Assembly: GCA_963848295.1 (NCBI GenBank)
Contig: CAWKDB010000010.1
Span: 768,001-832,000, forward strand
Direction: 5' to 3'
DNA: 64,000 nt
DNA from: an uncultured delta proteobacterium
GTDB lineage: Bacteria; Myxococcota_A; Polyangia; Haliangiales; Haliangiaceae
This document shows, piece after piece, positions 11,543 through 22,149 of the stretch; positions within the stretch are counted from its first letter, which is position 1; each line of letters begins with the position of its first letter. A program made the position numbers and the translations under genes. The notes beneath the pieces were generated by a model that saw only the letters and a list, made by a program, of their open reading frames with translations, was not told the origin of the DNA and ran no database searches.

Positions 11543-13002
11543 GCGCTCGCTCCAGTGCCCAACCCGAGCGCGAGCGCACGTGCGTCGAGATACGCGCGAC
11601 TGACTTCGAGCGCCGCGGCGGCGAGATCTCGATCACCGGCGGCGTTGCCGAGCGCCGCGACGATCGCGCTCGCTTCGGCTTCGGCGGTGACATCGCGCAG
11701 CGGACGAGCCAGCGCGGTCGCGCCACCGGCGACGCGCGCCGACACCATCGCCCCGGTGAGCTCGGTCGCATCGCCCGCGAGCACGAGCATGCGCTCGATC
11801 TCGTTCTCGAGCTCGCGGATGTTGCCGGGCCATGGATACGCGACGAGCCGCGCGAGCGCACTCGGAGCGAGCCGCGCCGTCGTGCCGCCGCGCGTGTGAT
11901 GCTTCGCGACGAAGTGGTTCGCGAGCCGCGGAATGTCGGCGACGCGCTCGCGCAGCGGCGGCACGGTGATCTTCAAGACGTTGACGCGATAGAACAGGTC
12001 CTCGCGGAACTGCTTGTTCGCGACCATCGTCGCGAGGTCCTTGTGCGACGCCGCGACGATCCGGACGTCGACCTTGACGCCCTTGGTGCCGCCGACCGGC
12101 ATCAGCGTGCCCTCTTGCAGCACGCGCAGCAGCTTCACTTGCAGCGCGGCGGACATGTCGCCGATCTCGTCGAGGAAGAACGTGCCGCCATCGGCGACGG
12201 TGAACAGCCCGGGCTGGTCTTTGACCGCGCCGGTGAACGCGCCGCGAACGTGACCGAACAGCGCACTCTCCAACAGGTTGTCGTTGAACGCGGAGCAGTT
12301 CTGCACGACGAATGGCTTCTTCGCGCGCGGCCCGTGATAGTGGATCGCGCGCGCGATCAGCTCCTTGCCGGTGCCGCTCTCGCCATGGACGAGCACGGTC
12401 GCCTCGCTCTTGACGACCTTGGTCAGCAGCTTGACGACCTCGCGAATCGCCGGCGCGTCACCGACGATCTCGGTGAACGGGTGCGCGAACGTGGTCGGCG
12501 GAATCGTGATCGGCAGGATGCGTTCGACCGCCGCGGCCGCCCCGGCGACGAGGTCCTTCACGCGCGCGAGGTCGACGTCCGACAGCTCGGGCGCGAGCTG
12601 GGCGAGCCGCTCGGCTTCGTCGCCGGCGACCCCGAGTTGGTTCACGATCGTTGCACCGAGTTGCGCACCGCTGGTGTCCACCGGGCGCGCGCCAGTCGCA
12701 TACACGACGCCGACCAAGCCGCTGCTGCCGCGCACCGGTGCCGCGATGATCGCGAGCCCGGCGTGACAGCGCACGATCGTCGGGCCGGCGGAGCGCTTCG
12801 CGGCGAAGCCCGCCGCGATCTGGGTCAGCGCCGCGGCACACCCGCCCGACGGCTGCGCCCCGAGCGTCGCGCACGCGTCATGCGATTGCCGAACGTAGCC
12901 CGCGCCCGTCGCCTCGGTCAGACCGAGCTCGAGCCCATACCAGCGCCGAAGCACATCGCGCGCGAGCGCGACCTCGGGGAGCGTGTCGAAACTAGCCTCC
13001 AC
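11539..13002 (-). CDS. Sigma-54 enhancer-binding activator with N-terminal PocR-like sensor
   Basis: GESGTGKE, GAFTGA, FFLDEIG, FREDLFYR, WPGNIREL; N-terminal CHAGL motif. Confidence 0.88.
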   Translation of the reverse strand: MEASFDTLPEVALARDVLRRWYGLELGLTEATGAGYVRQSHDACATLGAQPSGGCAAALTQIAAGFAAKRSAGPTIVRCHAGLAIIAAPVRGSSGLVGVVYATGARPVDTSGAQLGATIVNQLGVAGDEAERLAQLAPELSDVDLARVKDLVAGAAAAVERILPITIPPTTFAHPFTEIVGDAPAIREVVKLLTKVVKSEATVLVHGESGTGKELIARAIHYHGPRAKKPFVVQNCSAFNDNLLESALFGHVRGAFTGAVKDQPGLFTVADGGTFFLDEIGDMSAALQVKLLRVLQEGTLMPVGGTKGVKVDVRIVAASHKDLATMVANKQFREDLFYRVNVLKITVPPLRERVADIPRLANHFVAKHHTRGGTTARLAPSALARLVAYPWPGNIRELENEIERMLVLAGDATELTGAMVSARVAGGATALARPLRDVTAEAEASAIVAALGNAAGDRDLAAAALEVSRAYLDARALALGLGTGASA

Positions 13003-13021
13003 CCGCGACCACTATAGCGAG

Positions 13022-13927
13022 TTACCCACGAGAAACCCATCGCTCGGGACCTACCTCTTCTGCGGATCCGTCACGCGCGAGCTTGCCGAGGTGTGACCGC
13101 AGCGATCGAGCGGCGAGTGGCCACAAGATTCGCGGCGTATCGCTGTAGACCTCGGCGACGAGCTCGTCGACGGTGCGCGCTTGCCGGGCGAGCGCCGCCT
13201 TGATCTTCGCCTCCCGCATCAAGCGGTGTGCGAGGTACTCGCGCAGCTTGGCGTGACCATCCGAGATCGCCGGTCCGTGCGCGGGCAATAGCGCAGCCTG
13301 TGGTCTCGCGAGCAACGCGCGGAGCGACGCGAGATAGAGCGCCATGTCGCCTTCGCTCGGATCGATCAGAATTGTTCCGATGCCCGCGACCATATCGCCG
13401 GCGATCGTCGCTGCATCCGTCGCGAAGCACAGATGGCCCTCCGCGTGACCGGGGGTGAACACGCAGGACACCGCGACGTTGCCGAGCTCGATCACCTCGT
13501 CGGGCTCGAGCACGCGGCCGACATCGAGCCGCCCGGCGAGTCGGCGCGCGGTCGCGGCGTGAGCGGCGATGCCGACATTGCGACGCCGCGCGAGCTCCGC
13601 GGCACCGCCGACGTGATCGCCGTGGTGATGAGTCAACGCGATCAGCGCGAGCGGGCGACCCGCGTCGGTTTCGGCGTCGAGGATCTGTTCGAGCGCGACT
13701 TGCTGATCGGGGTACGGACTGCCGGGATCGACCAGCAACTGAGGTCCGTGTGACGGGCCGACGAGGTACGCATTGGTGTGTGCGGCGGGCGGGAGCGTCG
13801 GTGTCCGTAGCGCAACCACGCGAATCCCCGGCGCTACTGGCGCCAGCGTGGGCGCGACATCCCCGATGGTCGCAGGGGCGACTCTGCGCACCTGTTCATA
13901 CAGGTCATCGATCGTGGTTTCGGCCAT
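13022..13927 (-). CDS. MBL-fold hydrolase (LACTB2-like) with C-terminal winged helix
   Basis: TPTLPPAAHTN, THHHGDH, TPGHAEGH, GD, PAHG. Confidence 0.88.
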   Translation of the reverse strand: MAETTIDDLYEQVRRVAPATIGDVAPTLAPVAPGIRVVALRTPTLPPAAHTNAYLVGPSHGPQLLVDPGSPYPDQQVALEQILDAETDAGRPLALIALTHHHGDHVGGAAELARRRNVGIAAHAATARRLAGRLDVGRVLEPDEVIELGNVAVSCVFTPGHAEGHLCFATDAATIAGDMVAGIGTILIDPSEGDMALYLASLRALLARPQAALLPAHGPAISDGHAKLREYLAHRLMREAKIKAALARQARTVDELVAEVYSDTPRILWPLAARSLRSHLGKLARDGSAEEVGPERWVSRG

Positions 13928-13996
13928 GAAAATGCCGGGACGCCAAAGAGGATGACGTCGTGTCGGGCATCTCGTAGACTATTAGACAGCGCTTCC

Positions 13997-14278
13997 ATGG
14001 TCAGCGTCACCGCACGGAAGATTCGCGAGCTCGGTACCGAGCGCCCTGGCGGGGCAAGCGGGCGTCTCTACACGGGCTATTTGATCTCGTATCCGTTCAT
14101 CGGACGCGGCATGGTGATCTTTCGCGACCCGCACGGCCACCGCATGATCACGACGCCGGTCCGCCGGGTGCTCGGCGAGCCCGGCGGGAAGATGATCTAC
14201 GTCGAGACCGAGAACAGTGTCTATCGCCTCGAGATCCACGGCGAGCCGCTGTTCCCGATGCGCGCCGCCGGCGAGTAA
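13997..14278 (+). CDS. Small hypothetical protein
   Basis: 93 aa, typical codon usage, ETENSVYRL motif; divergent from the previous gene. Confidence 0.65.
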   Translation: MVSVTARKIRELGTERPGGASGRLYTGYLISYPFIGRGMVIFRDPHGHRMITTPVRRVLGEPGGKMIYVETENSVYRLEIHGEPLFPMRAAGE

Positions 14279-14293
14279 CCAGCTCGCGAGCAG

Positions 14294-15217
14294 CTACGTG
14301 TCGAGCGCTTGGCCGAGCGCGGCCACGTCGGCCGGTGCGAGCGTCGTCGCGAACACGAGCGGCAGCTCGTGCACCGGTGCGGTCGCGCGTTGTCGCAGCT
14401 CGGCCAAGTAGCGCGCGTTGAGGGCATGGCGATCGAGCGCGAGCTTGCCGTGCGCGGCGAGCTCGGCGAGCGGCGAGCCGAGCGCCGGTTCTGCGACGAG
14501 AGTCTCGACCACCCGGTTGACCGGTGAGCCCGCCGGGAAGTGATCCGGATAGACCTGGTTGCAGACGATGCGCTCGGCGGCGATGCCGAGCTTGGCGAGT
14601 GAGTGCTCGAGCTGGATCGCTTCGTTGACCGGCATCTCTTCAGCGAGCGTGACGAGCACCGTCGCGGTGCGCGCCGGATCCGAGAGCAGCGCCTTCATCG
14701 TCCGAGCATCGCGGGTCAACGGTCCATCGGGCACGGTCTCGTCGATCACCCACGGCACGTGCAGCATCGCGAGCGCGTGACCGGACGCCGGCATGTCGAA
14801 CACCACGGTGTCCCAGACCGGCTTGCCGCGCTTCTCTTCCGCCGTGTGAAACCAGGCCTTGCCGAGCAGCGAGTAGTCGTCGAGACCCGGAATCGCCCGC
14901 AAGAACGCGCGGGTGACGCGGTTCTCGAACACCATCTCGTAGACCGACTTGAACTTGAGGATCATCATCCCGTACTCGGCGAGCGCGGCCGCGGGCGTGG
15001 TGTTGACCGCCGACAGATTCGGCGCGAGCGACACGACCTCGGTGCCGACCGCGGGCTTATCGAAGTAGCTACCGAAGCGATCGTTCGCGTTGGTCTCGAA
15101 CAGCAGGGTCTTGCGGCCGCGCTTCGCGCACGCCCCGGCGATCGCGGCAGCCACCGTGCTACGGCCGACGCCGCCCTTGCCTACGACCAGAATCAGCCGA
15201 CGCTCGAACAACTCCAC
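14294..15217 (-). CDS. ArsA/GET3-family ATPase (single domain)
   Basis: [38 protein letters not shown]. Confidence 0.88.
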   Translation of the reverse strand: MELFERRLILVVGKGGVGRSTVAAAIAGACAKRGRKTLLFETNANDRFGSYFDKPAVGTEVVSLAPNLSAVNTTPAAALAEYGMMILKFKSVYEMVFENRVTRAFLRAIPGLDDYSLLGKAWFHTAEEKRGKPVWDTVVFDMPASGHALAMLHVPWVIDETVPDGPLTRDARTMKALLSDPARTATVLVTLAEEMPVNEAIQLEHSLAKLGIAAERIVCNQVYPDHFPAGSPVNRVVETLVAEPALGSPLAELAAHGKLALDRHALNARYLAELRQRATAPVHELPLVFATTLAPADVAALGQALDT

Positions 15218-15226
15218 TTCACGGCC

Positions 15227-15634
15227 TCAGTTTTGGGGGGAGGGCCCGGCCGGTGCAGTAACCGCCGCCGGCTCGCCGTCGACGATCACCGCGACGCCGC
15301 TCGCTTCGGCCGACCGCCAGCCGATCAGCTTGCGCAGCACCCAGATGCCGTCGTCGGGGGTGATGTCGACGTGGATGTCGATGACCTTGTCGGCGCCGAG
15401 CGTCTTGGCCGACGCGATCAACATGCGGTTGACCACGTGGTCCAAGTCGACGTGACCCGGGATCGGGATGAAGAGAAAGTAGGCGCTGGTGATCGATGCG
15501 TGGACGACCGCGATCGCCCGCAGGTGCGGACCTACATACATGTTCTCGGGCTGGACCCGCACCGTCGAGATCGACGAGCACGCGGTCACACAGGCGAGAA
15601 CGCCCGCTCGTGTCAACCCGCGAAGCCCGGCCAT
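15227..15634 (-). CDS. Small hypothetical lipoprotein
   Basis: Signal peptide with VTAC lipobox; plausible codon usage. Confidence 0.65.
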   Translation of the reverse strand: MAGLRGLTRAGVLACVTACSSISTVRVQPENMYVGPHLRAIAVVHASITSAYFLFIPIPGHVDLDHVVNRMLIASAKTLGADKVIDIHVDITPDDGIWVLRKLIGWRSAEASGVAVIVDGEPAAVTAPAGPSPQN

Positions 15635-15711
15635 GATGTGTGCAGGCTAACACGGCGGATCGGGCCTCGAGGCCGTTTAGGGGCCCGAGCGATGATAGGA
15701 TCGTAGGCATC

Positions 15712-16599
15712 GTGGTGCGGAGGCTCGTGCTCGCGCTCGTCGTGGCCATCGTCGCGCAAGCGACGCTCGCGCCATCGCTGACCCGCGCCGATGTCGGCGG
15801 CCCCGAAGAGGCGCTCGACAAGAAGATCGCGGTGTGGCGGTTCGACGCGCTCGGCATCGATCCAGAGCTGGTCGCGCGGCTGGAGATCTTGTTCCGCATG
15901 GAGCTCGGTCGGCTCGACAAGCAACCATTGCCGAGCCGGCGCGACATCGAGCGCACGCTCACCGCCGCGGATCGCGAGTGCACCGGCGAAGAGAAGTGTC
16001 TCGCCGCGATCGGCAAGCGGCTCGGCGTCGACGTCGTGATCACGGGCACGGTCGGCGCGCTCGGCACGAACTACGTGCTCAACATCAAGGCGGTCGAGGT
16101 CGCGACCGGCAAGTCGCAGCGGATCGCGAGCGACCCGTTGAAGGGTAGCCCCGACGAGCTGATCGAAAGTGTGCGGGTCGCCGCCTACAAGCTGCTCGCG
16201 CCCGACCAGCTGCACGGCGCGGTGCAGATCCAGACCGATCTGATCGGTGCGGCAGTCTCGCTCGACGGCCAGTCGCTGGGCAAGACGCCGCTGCCGAACC
16301 AAGGCGTGATCGGCAAGCTCGCGATCGGCCCGCACAAGCTGATCGTGTCGGCGAAGGACTACGCGCCGTTCGACGAGGACGTCGAGGTCCACTTCCAGAA
16401 GGTGAGCCCGGTCGTCGTCCGCTTGCTGCAGTCCAACGAGGTGATCGGCACGGGCAAGACGGTCACGGTCGAGCGCCATCCGTTCTACACGCGGACGTGG
16501 TTTATCGTCGGCGTCAGCGTGTTGGCGATCGCCGCTGGCGTGGTCATCGGCCACCACGAGCGCTGCTTTCCAGTCTCCGGCATGAGCCCAGAATGCTGA
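15712..16599 (+). CDS. PEGA-domain membrane-anchored protein
   Basis: Signal peptide; C..E..CLAAIG..LGVD domain; GAAVSLDG..LGKTPL PEGA motif; C-terminal TM preceded by PFYTRTW. Confidence 0.8.
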   Translation: MVRRLVLALVVAIVAQATLAPSLTRADVGGPEEALDKKIAVWRFDALGIDPELVARLEILFRMELGRLDKQPLPSRRDIERTLTAADRECTGEEKCLAAIGKRLGVDVVITGTVGALGTNYVLNIKAVEVATGKSQRIASDPLKGSPDELIESVRVAAYKLLAPDQLHGAVQIQTDLIGAAVSLDGQSLGKTPLPNQGVIGKLAIGPHKLIVSAKDYAPFDEDVEVHFQKVSPVVVRLLQSNEVIGTGKTVTVERHPFYTRTWFIVGVSVLAIAAGVVIGHHERCFPVSGMSPEC

Positions 16600-17489
16600 T
16601 CGGCCGGGTGGCCGCGCTCGCGCTCGCGTTCGCCGTGATCGTCGTCGGCCTGCGCAGCGCACGCGCCGAGCGAGTCGTCGCGGTCGCGCCGCTATCGACG
16701 TTCGGCAACGAGGACAGGAGCGCCGCGACGAAGAGGCTGCTCGCCGAGGTCGAGGCCGCGATCGCCGCGCTCCCCGACACGAAGATCGTGACCGCCGCGC
16801 AAGTCGCCGAGGCGATCAAGAAGGCGAACAAGCCGCTGCTCAAGACGTGCGAGGGCGATGGCGCGTGTATCGCCGAGATCGGCAAGCTCGTCGGTGCGCA
16901 GCTCGTCGTGACCGGCGAAGTCGGTGGCCTCGGCGATGCGAAGGTCATGTATCTCGGCGCCACCGACGTCGCGACCGCCAAGGAGTTGCGCTCGACGACG
17001 TTAGGCGTGGGCGCGGCCGACACCGGTGGCGGCGCGGCGGGGGCTGCGGTGCGGCTGCTCGATCCCGGTCGCTACACCGCGAACGTCAAGTTCTCGATCG
17101 ACGTCACCGGCGCGACGGTCTACGTCAACGGCAGCAAGATGACGCTAGGCGCCGGCGGCGTGGTCAGCCTCCCGGTCGGGACCCAGGCCGTGCGCGTGAC
17201 CCAGCCCGAATATCACGACTTCGTGCGGTTCGTGGACGTGGTCTACGGCAAGACCACCGATGTCGCGGTCGGCATGCAGCAGTATCCGATCATCGAGCAC
17301 GACGTCCACGCGCGGCCGACGAACATCGACAAGGTCAGGTACCTCGATCCGCCGATCTGGCGCCGGTGGTACGTGTGGGGCGCGGTCGCCCTGGCCACCG
17401 CGATCGCCGTCGGCTTCGTCGCTGATCATACCGGCGGGTCTCACCCGTGCATCGTGGTCGGCTCCGACTCGCCGTGCCCGCAGCGCTAG
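16593..17489 (+). CDS. PEGA-domain membrane-anchored protein, paralog of previous gene
   Basis: Same architecture (CEGDGACIAEIG, GATVYVNG, PIWRRWYVW plus TM). Confidence 0.8.
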   Translation: MLIGRVAALALAFAVIVVGLRSARAERVVAVAPLSTFGNEDRSAATKRLLAEVEAAIAALPDTKIVTAAQVAEAIKKANKPLLKTCEGDGACIAEIGKLVGAQLVVTGEVGGLGDAKVMYLGATDVATAKELRSTTLGVGAADTGGGAAGAAVRLLDPGRYTANVKFSIDVTGATVYVNGSKMTLGAGGVVSLPVGTQAVRVTQPEYHDFVRFVDVVYGKTTDVAVGMQQYPIIEHDVHARPTNIDKVRYLDPPIWRRWYVWGAVALATAIAVGFVADHTGGSHPCIVVGSDSPCPQR

Positions 17490-18406
17490 CGGACCAAGCC
17501 CCACAGCTGGTTCAGCTTGCGGTTCGCCGCACCGAAATCGCCGTCGCCGTACTTCTGCAGCACGTCCTTCATGCCTTCGGTCAGCTGCCCCGACTTCGCT
17601 TCGTCCGGTTTCGAGCTCGACACGTGGCTCTGCAACCGCGCGTACTTCGCGGTGATGAACGCGCGGTCGACCTTGACCGCGTCCACCGTCGCCGACAACT
17701 GAGCCGCCGCGAGGTAGGCTCGGCCCCAGTCGCCCTCGCCCATCGCCTTGGTTGCTTCGCCTTCGAGACCTTGCGCGGTGCTCGGGAGGTCGCTGCCGAG
17801 CATGCCCTTCCTGGCCATGCCCGCGCGCGCTCTGCTCAATAGCGGCTCGACGTCCCGGCGTGTGTAGTTCGCGCCCTTCGCGGCTGGCGCTTGGATGATC
17901 ACCGGCGGTGCCGAGCTCGCGCACGAGTCCTTCCAGCGCTGCGCCGATTCGTAGTCGCGCTGAGCGAGCTGCTTCTCGCGCTCGGCGACTCGCGCCTCGC
18001 GGTCGGCGACGGTGCGCTCCCGGGACCCGATCTCGGCCTCGCGAGACGCGACCTGCGCGGTCTTATCACCCGTGGCTTGGAGCGCGTCGATCTTGCTCGA
18101 CAGCGTGTTGATCAAGTCCGAGGTCTGAGTCTCGAGCTGGCTGTCGAGCTCCGCCTTCTTCTTGTCGAGATCCTTCGTGTCGTCGCCGGCTTGCTGTTTG
18201 ATCTTGATCTCGTCGATCACTTTGTCGCGCTGATCTTGCAACTGCTTGCGCGCGGCGAGCAGCGCGTCGCGCCGAGCCTTGAGCTCCTGCTGCGCTTTGA
18301 TCGCGGCGGGATCCGGCACGGTCGCCGCATCGCCATCCTTGCTCTTACACCCGGAGAGCACGACGCCCACCACCAGCATTAGGACGACGAGCCCCGGCGC
18401 ACGCAT
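17486..18406 (-). CDS. Coiled-coil lipoprotein
   Basis: MRAPGLVVLML...LSGC lipobox; long heptad-rich region; start revised to 18406. Confidence 0.75.
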   Translation of the reverse strand: MRAPGLVVLMLVVGVVLSGCKSKDGDAATVPDPAAIKAQQELKARRDALLAARKQLQDQRDKVIDEIKIKQQAGDDTKDLDKKKAELDSQLETQTSDLINTLSSKIDALQATGDKTAQVASREAEIGSRERTVADREARVAEREKQLAQRDYESAQRWKDSCASSAPPVIIQAPAAKGANYTRRDVEPLLSRARAGMARKGMLGSDLPSTAQGLEGEATKAMGEGDWGRAYLAAAQLSATVDAVKVDRAFITAKYARLQSHVSSSKPDEAKSGQLTEGMKDVLQKYGDGDFGAANRKLNQLWGLVR

Positions 18407-18466
18407 AGCTGGAATTGTACGAGATCCGCCGCGGCGATGCCGAGTTTTGGTCGTACAGTCGCGAGC

Positions 18467-19078
18467 ATGCTCCTGTACCACGACCCCCGCGCACCGAATC
18501 CGCGCCGGGTCCGCATCTTCCTGGCCGAGAAGAACGTGGCGTACGACACGATCGAGGTCTCGATCGCGAATGCCGCGAACCAGACCCCCGAGTTCCGTCG
18601 CAAGAACCCGCTGGCGTTGTTGCCGGTCCTGGAGTTCCCGGACGGCAGGATCCTGCGTGAATCGGTGGCGATCTGCCGCTACATCGAAGAGCTCCACCCC
18701 GAGCCGAACCTGTTCGGCAGCGATCCATGGGAGCGCGCGGTGTTCGAGCAATGGAACCGCCATGCCGAGCTCGAGCTCCTCGTGCCGATCCAGCTGCTGT
18801 TCCGTAACACGAGCACGTTCTGGGCCGGCAGGATCAAACAAGTCCCGGAGCTCGGCGACGCGGTCCGCGAGGTCATTGGCGAGCGCCTCGCCTGGCTCAA
18901 CGGCGAGCTTGCCAACCGGCCGTACCTCGCGGGTCAGCGGTTCTCGATCGCCGACATCACGGCACTCTGTGCGATCGACTTCGCGAAGGCTTCGAAGTTA
19001 CGGCTCGATCCCGCGGTTCATCCGCATCTTGTTGCGTGGCACGAACGCGTCGCCGCGCGTCCGAGCACGAAAGCCTGA
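18467..19078 (+). CDS. Glutathione S-transferase family protein
   Basis: APNPRRVRIFLAEK, NPL..LPVL, ESVAICRY, FSIADI. Confidence 0.92.
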   Translation: MLLYHDPRAPNPRRVRIFLAEKNVAYDTIEVSIANAANQTPEFRRKNPLALLPVLEFPDGRILRESVAICRYIEELHPEPNLFGSDPWERAVFEQWNRHAELELLVPIQLLFRNTSTFWAGRIKQVPELGDAVREVIGERLAWLNGELANRPYLAGQRFSIADITALCAIDFAKASKLRLDPAVHPHLVAWHERVAARPSTKA

Positions 19079-19081
19079 CGC

Positions 19082-19609
19082 TCAACGCTCGCCGCGATCG
19101 TACGCGGCGCGGGACTCGGCGATGATGTCGAGCGCTTTGTCGCGGCCGTAGAAGTCGGACACGTCGGACTTCTTGCCTTCGAGCGACTTGTAGTCGCGGA
19201 AGAACCGATCGAGCTCGAGCTTCACGTGGCTCGGGATCTGGGCGAGGGTCTCGTAGTGCGCGTACGCCGGATCGTCGATGCACACCGCGATGATCTTGTC
19301 GTCGCCGCCCATGTCGTCGACCATCCGCAGCCCGCCGAGCGCGCGGGCGCGGACGATCGTGAGCGGCGCCACCGGCTCCTGCATGAGCACGAGGATGTCG
19401 AGCGGATCGCCGTCGTCGCCGTGCGTGCGAGGGATGAAGCCATAATTCGCCGGATAGTGCACGGCGGAGTACAGCACGCGGTCGAGCTTGAGCAGCCCGG
19501 TTGGTTTGTCGACTTCGTACTTGAGATGAGAGCCGCGCGGGATCTCGATCACGGTCGGCAAGTACGCGCGAAAGTCCGCGGGGACCTCGATGTCGTGGAC
19601 CGGATGCAT
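19082..19609 (-). CDS. ppa: Inorganic pyrophosphatase (family I)
   Basis: EIPRGS..KYE, YPANYGFIP, DGDPLD, D.KII, FF..YK.LE. Confidence 0.95.
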   Translation of the reverse strand: MHPVHDIEVPADFRAYLPTVIEIPRGSHLKYEVDKPTGLLKLDRVLYSAVHYPANYGFIPRTHGDDGDPLDILVLMQEPVAPLTIVRARALGGLRMVDDMGGDDKIIAVCIDDPAYAHYETLAQIPSHVKLELDRFFRDYKSLEGKKSDVSDFYGRDKALDIIAESRAAYDRGER

Positions 19610-19622
19610 TGGCGCGACGGTA

Positions 19623-20657
19623 TCAGAGACGCGCCGCGAGCTGGCCACACGCCGCCGCGACATCGCCGCCACCCGAGTAGCGGCGGTGACTCGGCAGGCC
19701 GGCCGCGGATAGCACGGCGCGAAACGCCGGCTCGCGATCACTGTGACCGAACGGATCGCCGTCGCTCGAGATCGAGTTGTAGCGGAGGATCGACAGCCGC
19801 GGCCGCACGCCGGTGTCGGCGGCGAACGCACGGGCGCGCGTGACGAGCGCGGCGGCGTCGGCGTCGCTATCGTTGACGCCGGCGAGCAGCGTCACCGCCC
19901 ACATCGGCGCGAGCCGGGTTGCGCGGGCGTGGTCGGCGGCGGCGGCGAGCACGTCGTCGAGGGAGTGCGCGCGCGTGATCGGCATGACGCGCAGCCGATG
20001 CTCCGCGATCGCGCTCGAGATCGAGATCGCCAACCTCACGTTCGGCGCCGCGGCGGCGAGCTTGCGGATCCCGCCCGGCAAGCCCGCGGTGCACACCGTG
20101 ATCCGGCGCGCATCGATGCCGAGCGCGCACGGCTCGCACATCACCGCGATCGCCGCGACCACCGCGTCGAGGTTCGCGAGCGGCTCGCCCATACCTTGGA
20201 ACACGACGCCGTGAATGCGTCCGCCGGCCGGCACCCGCAGCCGGACCTCGCGCACCTGCTCGACGATCTCCCACGCATCGAGGTTGCGGCTGAGGCCCAG
20301 CCGGCCCGTCGCACAGAATTCACAGGCGAGCGCGCACCCGACCTGCGAGCTGACGCACACCGTGAACCGACCGGGGTGCTCGAGCGGAATGCGCACGGCC
20401 TCGAAGCGATCGCCGGAGCTCGCCAGCACGTACTTGACGAACGGATCGATCGCGCTCGCGACCTCGGCGACGACGTCGAGTCGCGGTACTCCGCCCGCTG
20501 CGCGCACCGCATCGGCCGCGACCCGGCGCACCGCGGACGTCGCGTTGATCGGGTCGCCGCGGTGGACTTGCGCGATCAGCTTGCGCGCTTCGGCGAGCGA
20601 AACCTCGGGAACGGCGTCCGCGAGCGCGCGCGGCGTGAGGGCTTGCAGCGCCAACAT
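19623..20657 (-). CDS. rlmN: RlmN-like radical SAM RNA methyltransferase
   Basis: CVSSQVGCALACEFC, GMGEPL, AACGQL; may be a paralog rather than the main rlmN. Confidence 0.8.
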   Translation of the reverse strand: MLALQALTPRALADAVPEVSLAEARKLIAQVHRGDPINATSAVRRVAADAVRAAGGVPRLDVVAEVASAIDPFVKYVLASSGDRFEAVRIPLEHPGRFTVCVSSQVGCALACEFCATGRLGLSRNLDAWEIVEQVREVRLRVPAGGRIHGVVFQGMGEPLANLDAVVAAIAVMCEPCALGIDARRITVCTAGLPGGIRKLAAAAPNVRLAISISSAIAEHRLRVMPITRAHSLDDVLAAAADHARATRLAPMWAVTLLAGVNDSDADAAALVTRARAFAADTGVRPRLSILRYNSISSDGDPFGHSDREPAFRAVLSAAGLPSHRRYSGGGDVAAACGQLAARL

Positions 20658-20733
20658 CGCGATAACCGGCGCTCAAGTTACACCAACGTGGCGGATACTT
20701 TGCGACAACGACTCGCCACGGTACGATCAATCA

Positions 20734-22149
20734 GTGGCGTACCCCGAGGTGATCCGAGTCTTCGCGACCTCTCAGGATCCCGACTTCGACGGCCCCTGGC
20801 AGGCGAGAACTCCGTCGAACAGCACCGGTTCTGCGGTCGTCATCGGCCCCGGCCTGTTGCTCACCGGTGCCCATGTCGTCGCGAACGCGACGTTTCTCCA
20901 GGTCCAGAAGCAGTCGCACCCCGACAAGGCGATCGCGCGGGTCAAGGCGGTGTCGCACGACTGCGACCTGGCGCTGCTCGAGGTCGTGGAACCAGCTGAT
21001 TTCCTTTCAGATATCGAGCCGGCCGACGTCGGCGACATGCCGGTCTTGCGCGACGAGGTCGCGGTCGTCGGCTACCCGATCGGCGGCGAAGAGATCTCGA
21101 TCACCGAAGGCGTGGTCTCGCGCATCGAGGTCCAACGCTACAGCCATTCGCAGCGCCACTTGCTCGCGGTCACGGTCGACGCTGCGATCAACGCGGGCAA
21201 CAGCGGCGGCCCGGTGTTCGGCGACGGCAAGGTTGTCGGCATCGCGTTCCAGAAGCTGACCGGCGTCGACAACATCGGCGAGATGGTCCCTCCGCCGATC
21301 ATCCGCGCGTTCCTCGCGGGCGTCGGCAAGCACAAGCGGCCGGAGATCCCCGCGCTCGGCATCACGACGCAGAACCTCGAGAACCCGTTGATGCGCAAGC
21401 AGCTCGCGCTGACCGACAGCGAGCACGGCGTCGTCGTGCTCCACGTCGATCACGGCGGGTCGTCCGAAGGCGTGCTCGAGCCGCGCGACGTGATCACCTC
21501 GATCGACGGCCAGCAGATCGCGAACAACGGCACGATCCAGTTCATGGGCCGCCACCGCACGCGCTACGATGTCGTGCTCGGCTATCGCTACATCGGCGAC
21601 AAGGTCAAGCTCGACATCAAGCGCGCCGGTAAGGCCAAGGCGGTCGAGGTCGTGCTCGACAAGTGGCTGCCGCTCGTCGCGCGCTCGCGCTACGACGAGC
21701 CGCCGCAGTACTTCGTCTACGGCGGGCTCGTGTTCCAGACCTTGACCCGCGACTTCCTCACGACGTGGGACAAGTGGTGGAACAAGGCGCCGAAGGAGTT
21801 CCTCAACTACTACTACCTGGGCTACCGCACGCCCGAGCAGAGCGAGATCGTGATCCTGACCCAGATCCTCGCCGACGAGATCAACGTCGGCTACTCGCAC
21901 CTCTACAACGAAGCGATCGCGACGCTCGACGGCAAGGTGCCGTATGACATGGTCGACTTCGTCCAGCGCTTGTCATCGGCGCACGGCGTCGTCGAGATCA
22001 CGACGACCTCCGGTGGCATCATCGTGCTCGATGCCGACGAGGTTCGCCGCGCGTCGGCTCGCATCCTCGCGCGTTATCACATCCCGCGCGATCGCACGAT
22101 CGGCCTGCCCGGCGCGATCGCCGCGCCGATTCGCGCGACCGCGCCTTAG
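20734..22149 (+). CDS. HtrA/Deg-like serine protease with PDZ domains
   Basis: TGAHVV, DCDLAL, AINAGNSGGP; no signal peptide; start GTG20734 preceded by TACGAT. Confidence 0.9.
   Translation: MAYPEVIRVFATSQDPDFDGPWQARTPSNSTGSAVVIGPGLLLTGAHVVANATFLQVQKQSHPDKAIARVKAVSHDCDLALLEVVEPADFLSDIEPADVGDMPVLRDEVAVVGYPIGGEEISITEGVVSRIEVQRYSHSQRHLLAVTVDAAINAGNSGGPVFGDGKVVGIAFQKLTGVDNIGEMVPPPIIRAFLAGVGKHKRPEIPALGITTQNLENPLMRKQLALTDSEHGVVVLHVDHGGSSEGVLEPRDVITSIDGQQIANNGTIQFMGRHRTRYDVVLGYRYIGDKVKLDIKRAGKAKAVEVVLDKWLPLVARSRYDEPPQYFVYGGLVFQTLTRDFLTTWDKWWNKAPKEFLNYYYLGYRTPEQSEIVILTQILADEINVGYSHLYNEAIATLDGKVPYDMVDFVQRLSSAHGVVEITTTSGGIIVLDADEVRRASARILARYHIPRDRTIGLPGAIAAPIRATAP

Noticed and set aside
19623..20657. 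Cfr antibiotic-resistance methyltransferase
   Set aside because: Motifs are shared with RlmN, there is no mobile context, and nothing specifically supports Cfr.
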